From the NCBI GenBank assembly GCA_040954595.2, contig CM082585.2, positions 6,969,808 to 7,033,807 on the forward strand: a stretch of 64,000 nucleotides of DNA, in the 5' to 3' direction. This document shows positions 21,494 through 31,905 of this stretch, piece after piece. Both the position numbers and the translations under genes were made by a program. How positions within the stretch are numbered: the first letter of the stretch is position 1; the number at the start of each line of letters is the position of its first letter. Under the pieces are notes generated by a model. It was given only the letters and a program-made list of their open reading frames with translations. It was not told the DNA's origin and made no database searches. Source of the DNA: Balanoglossus misakiensis. Lineage: Eukaryota > Animalia > Hemichordata.

Positions 21494-24400
21494 GGGGATA
21501 CATCTGTGTTAATACACTGACAGTGAAGCAAGCCACCTTGCTAGCAGCAGAAAGCTAACATTATGTAGGATCTGCCTTCCATGAAAGTTGTGTATTGTGA
21601 TTGAAACATCCCCTGACAGAAATGTATAGACGTACAAGGCAACCTATCAGCTCTTTCCCTGCCAAACTCTGCTTGTATGATGTACTAATTCCATCAAATA
21701 ATTGTCTCAAATTTAAAACTCAAAATTAGTACACACGAAAAAAAATGAAATAGAGATTTCTGTGGGATGCTATTAGTAGTACCTCAGTTGGAATTAGGTC
21801 CACTGTAGATGTGCTTTATTTCACTCCATCATAACACTGAATTGCATAATGTGCATATTCTTTATTATTTGCTGTATTTCTTATTTTTTGTGAAGTGCAG
21901 TCTGGAAAGTGGAATGAAAGTTTACCACCAGATAGTGATACATGTGAAAAGAAATGTGAAAGTAAAATGAAACGAGCTGATGATAAAATGCTGTGTATAA
22001 TGAAGAAAATTGCCACGATATATCATAAGTTATATATTAAAATATTTTCCAAACTAGTACATTTGAATTTTCATCATACCATAAAAATATGTAATATTTT
22101 GTCATTTTAAGGATAATATTCAGTAAAATTATTTTGATGAAAGCTGTTTTTATTTCTATAATATGAATGAAATGTATGATTCATGCAAGCTTAGTTGAGA
22201 ATTGTTAAGTTTAATACCAGGGTCCAACGTTGCCTCCGCAGGTAGTTTCAGTGGTGAAATTCCTTCCAGAAAATAATTATGTCCATACTGAACTATTTTT
22301 CTAGTGTCAAGTTTTGGTTGGTGATGATGGACACTTTGCAAAGTACCTCTGTGGGAAACTGAGCTGCAATATTCCATTATAACTACTGTACTTTTTACGT
22401 ATTTTGTATGTTTAGTTATGACTTTTTTTAATTTATATTTTATTTCTGAAAGTGTGAAATTAGCATTGATGTCACTTATTGTAGAAAAAAACAAATCCAA
22501 GCTTTACATGCCTGCATGGCCGAAGTGCCATACATATTATATTTATCATGATATTTTCAAAACAGACAGAGTATAAATTTTCTAAGCCAAAGCAGTCACT
22601 CTCCTGCTAAGATCTTGTTTATCATTTTCATCAACGAAAGCAGCGGGGAGAAAATAAATTTCCGCGTAAATTTCTGGCGAGAAAAAAAATCAATAAACAG
22701 CAATCAATTGTATTTATTAATAGATTACACATTTCAGAAGATGATAATCAGAAATAGTTTAGAGTTTTTAATGGGAAAACAGCGTTACAAATGAGAAATA
22801 AATTGGAGATATCTATGATGAATGGGTGATATGTTTTATTGTGTAAAAAATACTAGAAATTAGATGCCAAGTATTTGCTGCTTTTTCTAGAAGGGTAATG
22901 TCTTTTTAATCGTGGATGATAATTGGCAACCCAATTTTAAATGATTTATCTTCATTGTACTATTTAGCCAGACTTTCACAGACCCAGTTTTAAGAAAGTC
23001 AGTTTTATATAAAGTGCATGTCTCCAAATGTGTTTCTCCCAGAAACTATAAATAAATTCGCCCTCCTATTAGGGACAGCGACGCCATGGCAACAGATCAC
23101 GAAGAAACCAGAATTCCTACTACAGCCAATTTTCCAGATTCTCATCAGACAGCGTGCGCCCCAAAACCTTACACAAGCCGGGGCAATTACACGTCTGATC
23201 ATCTTGCGAGAACTCATCGACAGATTTCACTGTATATGCCTTGAGAGTACAAGCTGTAGGGGACACAAGGCAGTCCTACAAGTCGTCGGCCTAATTTTCC
23301 TCAAAACCACGGAATAATTGGGTTTATTTCAGTTTGACGCCGGGAACACGGATCGTGAGGAGTGTGGAAAATCAAAGAAGTTTCTGAAGTTGACGGAAAA
23401 TTTCTGAGGTGTGTCACTTTGTTCTAAGTGCAGATGATAGAGCAAGAAAAATGGGTCTCAGCACAGCAGAGCACTGACAGCAACCAATCTGGTACCATGC
23501 AATAATAAACAAATGTATGCGCAGTGAATTTGAATGCAATAGGCTTCACATCTGGTATACACTGCAGTACTGCACCTGTCAACAGTCAGTGTACTATAGA
23601 CATCCAATCAGGGATTGCACCATTTCATCGATGCCCTCTGTGTCAATTGCGTGACCCGAAAGGTCAAAGACAGACACAGAATCTCCATTTTGAAGAAACC
23701 AGTACCATGCCATGTCTGTGCTTCACCAATCACCTTTCCCTGTGAAGGAGTAATGGAGGCAGTCTTCAGAACTACCTGTGGGGTAAGAGCAGTCTGCATT
23801 TTTGTTTAAAGTGGCAAATTTAATGTCACCCTAGGTTTGATTTTGGTCAAGATTTTCAAAATATACATACATATTGTGTAAGTTTTACTTTGCCTGTAAA
23901 GGGCTCTTGCGAGTGTCTTTGCACAAACAGTAATCGGCATGTATGACATGACAGGGTGTTTTTCCATGTGGGAGGTTATAATCCCCAACCCTTTTCAACG
24001 GTGAGGGAGGGGGGAGGGACATATAGTTTGCCAGGTTCGCACAAATTTAATAACTGATTATCCAGCATGATCCAAAAACACATGATAAAATACAAAGTGT
24101 AATATCGGAATAGACACGTTTTATTCATTAAAGATAGCGCTTCGGAAAACTTCAACCAAAAAAAGACTATTTACAGTTGGTGATAGAAGACTAACAAATA
24201 TTACTAAAAAATCTGTTGTAGGTGCGTGTACACAGAATAACTGTCCCTCCCGAGTTGTTGCCATCGGTTTATAGTTTATTCAGCAGTAGAATTAGACCTT
24301 AATTAGTATACATAGAAATTCTCCACCAGGGGAGTGCTTTTGACAAAGATGTTGTTGAACTGAGCAGTTTATTCCCTAATTACACCTTTTCCATGTACTG

Positions 24401-24609
24401 ATGGCAAAGCTATTTCTTCAGGACACACACACTAAATAATGAGTTAATCATAAGTGCCACACTTGACTACACACGCAGTACAGGGACATCATCAATTATT
24501 GATATCTACGTCATTTACTCGGTTTGCGGGGGTTTCAAAGGCAAGGACTTTCTTCAGTTGACCTCTCAATGAACTCCAGCTTTTGTTTCAAGTCGATCAT
24601 TTTGGAAAT

Positions 24610-24633
24610 AAGAATTTCTTATAAGAAATTCTT
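24610..24633. repeat. Perfect 24-bp palindrome
   Basis: aagaatttcttataagaaattctt is its own reverse complement. Confidence 0.9.
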
Positions 24634-24709
24634 CTTATAAGAATCTTGCCTGGAAGAAATATTTCAATAACTAGTGATATTTAAGTATAAATACACTGAT
24701 AACTGATCA

Positions 24710-24903
24710 TTAAAGGTATACAGTCATCTTCAATTTACATATGCCCATATATGGCTGAAATGGTGTATTTGAGCGTTCTAAAGAACATATGGTGCCACTC
24801 TTTTATTTCGCGTGTGCCACCCACTGAAAATCTGTGATTGGCTTGGTCTCAATTTTCCATGGTAACTGTAGCTAATTTTCCATAGGTGACCATATACCTT
24901 TAA
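24710..24903. mobile_element. Short TTAA-flanked MITE, Kolobok-like
   Basis: Left end ttaaaggtatacagtcatct and the reverse complement of the right end ttaaaggtatatggtcacct match at 17 of 20 positions. The element is 186 bp between the two TTAA sites. Confidence 0.75.
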
Positions 24904-26049
24904 CCCGTCCAGGCCAGAGTTTCTGGTAAACGTATCCAAATTTAGTCCTAGAACTATATAAGGATTTGTAAATGTAAATATTGTAACTGCCGCTACAAAG
25001 TAAAGAAACCCTTCTGGGATCAAAATTATTGTCTTGCAGGGTACCCTGACCCAATTTTCAAGCAGATGGCTCTCTAGAGTCCTAAAATATATAACTATGC
25101 AAATGAGATGCCAATAATAACAGACGAGGGATTTAGGTTGTAAAATCTCCATTTCTTGGGAAAAAATCGCTTTTATTTATTACCTCAATATTTCATCACA
25201 TCACATAAATTTTCACTCATTTGAATTAACTGAATTACAAATTCTAAAGACTCCTAGAATTCTTCTGGAACATTGAAGGTGTTTCAAGTAAAATATGTCA
25301 ACATTTTAACTGCAAGCAGGCAGTGACCAATTCTTAGTCGAAACTTTAAAGACACGATCAAGTATTTTTTTCACAGCCTCTCTGCAGTCATCCCACATCA
25401 AAATTTCTAGAGCAAAAATTATTGAGTGAGTGTACACAGTCATGTTTATAGGTAGTCAGTAACGCCTGTTTTTGGACTAAAAATAAATGTAAATGCTCTA
25501 AAAACTGCTACTTTACATAAACAATAAGATTCTGGGGGGACAAAGACGTCATGGGTTTAGACATGTACATGTGAGAAAATGGCAGAAAAAAAAATGATGA
25601 ACCCCTTCAGAAGTAACAGTAACTATAGTATCAAGTCAAATGGTCCAAGCCACTTGTAAACACAGGGTATAGTACAACCTATTCCACAAAAAGGTTAATT
25701 TTGATCGTTAGTGTCGTGCATAATTCTCTTGATCACTGTGCTGCAAAATCACACTCCGAAAGATCATCATTCCATTATTGTCACTCTTTCCAACAGGGCA
25801 TGCTTTCGGGAATTTTACAGAAACAAGCAAGCCTTCAAATCAAACTGCATCACTTCCTTGCTGCCCTTGTTTACACACAACTTACTAAAGAGCCCCCCCC
25901 CCCCCCCCCCATACACAAAAAAAGACATTCTTGACGACATATGGACTTGACAAACGATGAGGTTAGTGTCTGTTGCCATTTGATGGAGCAACGTGAAGCG
26001 CTTTTTAAAAAAAGACCAAAAAGCAAAACTGTTATATAAAAAGGTATTT

Positions 26050-29000
26050 TCACTGCAGTACGCCTCGTCTTGATAAAGTCGACAAGTGCTGGTTGTAGTG
26101 GTCTGGGAGCTGAAAGGGGAAAAAAGAGAGAGAATATAGACTATCAATGTTGATTCGCAGTATTTCTACTCAGCATGTATTGGTCCGTATTTGCCTTGAA
26201 TAGTAGATTGCAAGAGCTGATCCATTCTGCCAAGATATAATATGTCAGGTTTCTGGTACTTGTTTTGGTAAAATCATCTATAGCATTACCTAGCAACAAC
26301 CAAGTCTAGCGCCCTCAGTGACAACAGATGAAAAGACGTTAGATAGGCAATGGCACCATGATTCTACCCACCTTTGCTCCAATTCTCGATAAATATCTGT
26401 TCCGGAGTTGAAAATCTGATCTGGGTCTGATTGGACTGACCACTTCAGGCCTTACTTCTTTGTCTGGCGGTCTGTAAAAAGACAAAACAACACCTTTCAA
26501 GTTTGTAAACAATACTGGAAGTGAATTGTTGATACAGGTTTGCATTCTCAACTTGAATTCCAGGTACTGGTAATGACAAAAAATCACATGCCAAGACAAA
26601 AATTCATATCTCTTATTGGCTATCCACCAACATGGCCTGTCATGCTGAGGGACTAAGAGTTGGCCAACTTACTGTGCTGTGACTGCAGCCTCCTTCGAAC
26701 GAGCTGAGGAAGACAGATTGAGGGCGCCCCCATGAGACGCGTCCACCAGATACAGCAGTACTGCAAAGATGAGAGCAGCTGCAAAGCCAAAACAAGACAG
26801 GTCAGTTAAACAACGTTATCTTTTAAATCCACATCATTATTAGTTTATTTCCCTGTGTATATTATCTCTACTGAGAAAAGTGCTCTTATATTCCTGTAGG
26901 GTTTTTTTGCGTATCAAGGTAATTCTTGTTCAGTTGTTGCTAGCATGTTGCTATCTGTAAACGAGATTAGCACTGGATTCACAGCGGAAAGCTGATGACA
27001 AGTTAAATACAAATAAGTGAGTGATAGATAGTCCTCCTTGATTTTGTCGAGAAAGTGAATCTTCAACTGTGATAGATTATAAGTCCATTCAGTAGACCAA
27101 AACACATAAAAGAAGACATCGTTTCATCGATACTCACCGCATAACCACGCAAGGAAAAAGACCTCCAGCAGCAAATAACCTTTGACGTCAACCAACTGTC
27201 CAGCTACAATGGCGATGATGGCAAGACCAAGGTTCTGTATCGACTGCATGCTATGATTCCACACAAACAAAGAAGTGAAATGTTAAAACATAGGAAAACC
27301 TTGTAAAGTGGATTGCTAGGTCACTGGCTATGGGATTGTTCATTTTTTTTAAGTAACAAACAAAACACATTGTCTATGCAAAATGAAACATACAGCTAGT
27401 CTCTAATTGGAAATGTCTAGTGAATTTGAATGTTTTCATGGTGGCGATCAACTTGAATTCTTGGAAGTAAGTCATACAGCGGCCATTTTGAATACTACAG
27501 GAGGAAAGCAACCCTCTTCCTCTCGAAAAAAAGTTTACATACTAGTAGGTCTAATTAAATGTAAGACTCGCATGACAGACTCTTGAAGACCCTTGGGTTT
27601 CTGAGGTCACTTACCAACCATAGGCAGTTCCAAGCTGACTTTCTGGGACTACAAACGCAACCAGTGGCCAAAGGGCACACGCCAACAAGGAATACGACAT
27701 TCCCATCAGAACCTGCAATGATGGATGTGTACATTAAACAGAATGTTTGTGCTCCATGTTAATTATATACAAATTATAAGCACAAATATTTAATTCATGC
27801 AAATTACATGCAAATGAGTTTCAGCAAAATGAGAAAGGAAATATAAGTACAATGTATATAAATGCTGGTGTGTTAGCTACATTTACAAACAGACAGACAG
27901 TTTAAGATCTTTTTCTTATAAATCTGAAGAACTAGATTTCTGATGAAAATCGTTACCTACCATTGGTATGTAGGGATTTAAAAATGTAAATGCTAATATC
28001 ATGTGTGCCCCAAGAGTGCCGATGGTCGCCAGCAATACCCAGAAGACATTTTTCCCTGTTCGATCCACTAGGAAACCAAAGAAGGGAGACAGCACTGCTG
28101 ACAATATGTACACCAGGCTGCAAAACAGATAATATCCATACGATGGATAAGCATTTTCTGAAACAAACAAGTTCATCAGTTTGTCATAATCATGTCTCAC
28201 ATGGTTTCCATTTTCATGATAACTGTAATGAACATACCTGTTAACAGCACTGGCCTGACTTGGATCCATGTCGTATTTTTCTTCAAAGAAAACACTAAAG
28301 GTAAAGTTTTTCAAAAAAAGAATGTCAATGTATTAAATCCAAAATTATAGCATCTTATTTCTATATTTCACAACATATATAGCCCTTTATAGATATCATA
28401 CTTTTTGTTTCCATAAAATTGATCTTAAAGAAACCTTAGCATCAGAAAGACAGCGACTTACACTCCAAGATCAATGAAAGGAAAGATGGTAACGTAGTAC
28501 GTCACACAGACCATGAAAATCAACCACAGCTCAGCTGGGAAATTCTTGATGTCCTTGAACTGAATGACTTCCCCTGCAATGGAAGCAAGATAATGCAAAG
28601 ACAGTTAGAGATTGCGACAGACAAGTTTGGTCTAGGGATTTGCCCAACGCTGCAACCCCTCCTTCCCCGTGGACCCTTCCACTGGAAACAAAACAGACAT
28701 TTTACTAACCTGTTTTACCCTCTCCCTTCTTCAGAATTCTTGATGCTCTCTTATCAAAATACCCCAATAAAATTGCACATATTAGAGAGAAAATGCACAT
28801 CCCAGCACCTGTAAAAGAATACACGACACAGAAAAGTGTTGATAATGAATTTCTAGAATTGGGAAGGTACCCGTTGACTTTGAATTTTGACATGGACAGT
28901 AGAAAAAGCGGCCATACTCTGAAAATATGCAAGTACATCAAATAAAAATACGGTAATGTCCAAGCAAAATTTACTTTTGCAAATGCAAACATGCAAGATC

Positions 29001-31222
29001 ATACTCACCGACCCACAGAGTAGTCCCTAACACTAAGTGATTCTCCCATTCAGGCTTTGTGCTGGCAATTAAACTGTAAATTGGGCCCATGATGTTCATG
29101 TTGACTGTACTTCCCTGAAAAATATAAACAAAATAATAAATTGGTCGTTACATTCAGCTGTCTGTGAAAGAACCAATCAAAATTCCCCACTCAAAGTATT
29201 TCACACAAAGTGACAGCTGATTGGTCGCCCAACTCACCACTCGTCCAAAACTCAGCTGAATACCGAACACCATGTTCAGCTCCTTGTCCTTGAACCAACT
29301 CACAGCGTACGTGTTTTGAGCGACAGCCAGATTCTCGCCTCCCAACCTGTCATGCGGAAGTGAAATGTAAAGAGTTTCATTTACTATCATAATCAACTTG
29401 CCAACCAACAGACATGCAACAACATGTGTACTTTCAACTAGTTGGCTGTCGGCGTCCACAACCAGGATAGGGCCGTCGGCAGCTCCTCTTGTGTCGTGGT
29501 GTACAGGATCCATGTCACAGTGATTTGGATGCTGCAGTACACATGTGACCAGCCACTGTACTCCTTTATGCAGGCGTTTGTGGTTCAAAAAGGGTTTGGT
29601 TGTCTCCAGAAATATTTGTCTTGATCTCAGGGTTTACCTCGTTGAACTACTTACCCGAAGATAAATCTGCCAGTACACATGACAATATATCCAACATGGC
29701 CGCCGAGGGTTGCTCCGAGAGCGAAGACGCACTGTAACAACGTAAGGAAAGAAGAAAGAATTGCTATGATAAGAGACTGAATGAAACCTCTGCAAAGTGA
29801 AACATTTTCTTGATCCCTTTGGTGTCTGGTTTATACACATTTTACAGTATTTTTTGATAAACAGAAACAAGATACTTTACCTGACCTAAAACGACGATGG
29901 TGCTGAAAATAATTGCTCCTCGTCTGGGGAAAGAAACAAAAATTAAAAGTGAGAAAAACAATGGATGGTAATTCCGCAAGATTTGTTTGCAAGGGTATGC
30001 AGAAGATTTGTGTACATGTAAAGTGAATTATTTACTAAAATCAGTTTCATTTTTTCTCAGTGCATATACTACATCTAAGTTACTATGCACTTTGCATAAT
30101 TCCTTACCTTATACCAAATACTCTGTCCAGCAAAAACCCACCAAAGAAACAGAGTATAACGTTCGGCCACGAGTACAAGGAATAGAACATCATGAACTGA
30201 CTTGTATTCAGATCCATATCCTAGGATTGAAAACAAAAGAAATGGTTGAAACAAAACTGATCAGTGCCTATCAAAGACAATACTCAGGCCATGAAAAGTT
30301 ACTGGAAGGATCGATTTATACTGGTATCAAATTATATAACAAATCATTCTCACCTCCTTCATATGTTTTTGCAAGGCAGCTGGGTTATCGTATACAAAGT
30401 AACTTCCTGAAAAATTGAGACATGACGAAATGATGAAAATCTGATCCCTGTTTCAAAGAATCGAGACAGATTTTGGTCATGTTAACATTCATGTGTGGCT
30501 ATTGTTTATATAGTTGGATTTAGCCTGAGCTACTGTTTATATCTGTATGCTAATGTGATATGACAATCAGGTACCTGGGGGAAGCGGACAAAATCATACG
30601 GATCCAATTACACTCTCTATGGACAAACAAAAGATTACATAACTTCAATCACATAGTACTGTGATTGAGGTTGGGGACTGTTGCATCGTTGTCACATAGC
30701 TTTGTATGTAGAATTTCGAGAAATCACTAATTTGGCATTGTAATTTTCTTGACATTTTCACAAAAAGGTGGCAACAGATGTGCTTTAGCCAATGAAACAC
30801 TACACTGCTGTAGAAGTTTCACCACTTCCGGGTGTTCATTGTTTCTGTCGTTGTTTATGTTCCGATTTAGATTTCGCACCTTTCGAAAATGTCAAAACAG
30901 AATCTAACTAACCAAGAAGGTCACGGCACTGACTGATGGATTCTTAAGTACACCGATCGGAAAAAGGGAATAGTGTAAATTGTAATGTTTATGAACGGTG
31001 GATGTCATGTCAGTGTCACGTGAATCACTGTTGATCAGGAGCACATTGAAGTCCAAATATCTTACCATAGCTGAGAAAGCACATCAGAACTAGAATCAAA
31101 TATCTATGGAGACGTTTCCGTGGATTACATGCCGACAAAGCTCCACAGCCTGTGAGCTCCGCATCGTCGGATCTCGGAACATTTTTGTCCTTCAGAAGCG
31201 GCGATCGCTCGTTCTCCGCCAT
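26050..31222 (-). CDS. MFSD1: Major facilitator superfamily domain-containing protein 1 (lysosomal dipeptide transporter), 16 coding exons, 519 aa
   Basis: Minus-strand exons: 31222-31066, 30406-30354, 30220-30108, 29923-29881, 29731-29655, 29346-29238, 29114-29009, 28808-28710, 28573-28462, 28294-28238, 28117-27961, 27712-27615, 27250-27138, 26778-26673, 26471-26372, 26109-26050. All are GT-AG and total 1560 nt in frame. MFSD1 motifs: GSYFVYDNPAALQ, YSWPNVILCFFGGFLLDRVFGIR, GGENLAVAQNTYAVSWFKDKELN, GSTVNMN, ALWPLVAFVVPESQLGTAYG, MQSIQNLGLA. Confidence 0.96.
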
Positions 31223-31905
31223 GTTGCGTCGATGTCACGAGTGCTGTTTATTGTCAACTGGGTCACCAACAGGTCACGCAAAGCTATGCAATATATGGTT
31301 AGAATCAGGCTCAGACTATTTTTCAAATACTAAGCAACATAAATTTACAAGCATGTTTCTACTTTCAAAGCTGACACGGGAAGTAGCAAAAGGGTGTATT
31401 TGAGAGAAAAGTCATCGAAGTATTCTCATCAACTTGTATTAAATTGCTCCAACGTTGGTCCATCTTATGAAATGGTTGATGTATTCAACCCAAAGATGTT
31501 GCTGAATCCAAGCTCGATCAGTGACCTCGTATTTGAAGGTCATGCATACAAAAAACTCAGTTTGTCTCCACAGAAAATCAGTGGATAATGTAGTATTTGT
31601 AAATCACCTAAATGCTCTCGCTCTGATGGTATTTATTTGGAATTGTAAGGGCTGCTTTTAAACTATCTCCAATCGTACGTACAGATAATTTTGTACTCGT
31701 ATCAAATTGAACACCCACAATGCATCTCTCGAACCGGAAGCGCGAAATTCAAATTGTCAACAACCAAGCGTAAAGACGTAAAGACGACGAAGTTTCTGTT
31801 TAGAAAGCGAAAGCGTTCGAAAGATAAGTGTATAAACAGTCGCAAAGGAGCCTAACATTCTACTGGAGGGGCTGAGTTTACAACTGTCGCATTTTCACCA
31901 GTGAA
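31223..31905. promoter_or_regulatory. Bidirectional promoter region shared by MFSD1 and PBK
   Basis: The divergent start codons are separated by 683 bp. The region is locally CpG-rich and contains CCGGAAG (ETS), GCGCGAAA (E2F) and TTCAAA (CHR) at 31734-31753. Confidence 0.75.
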
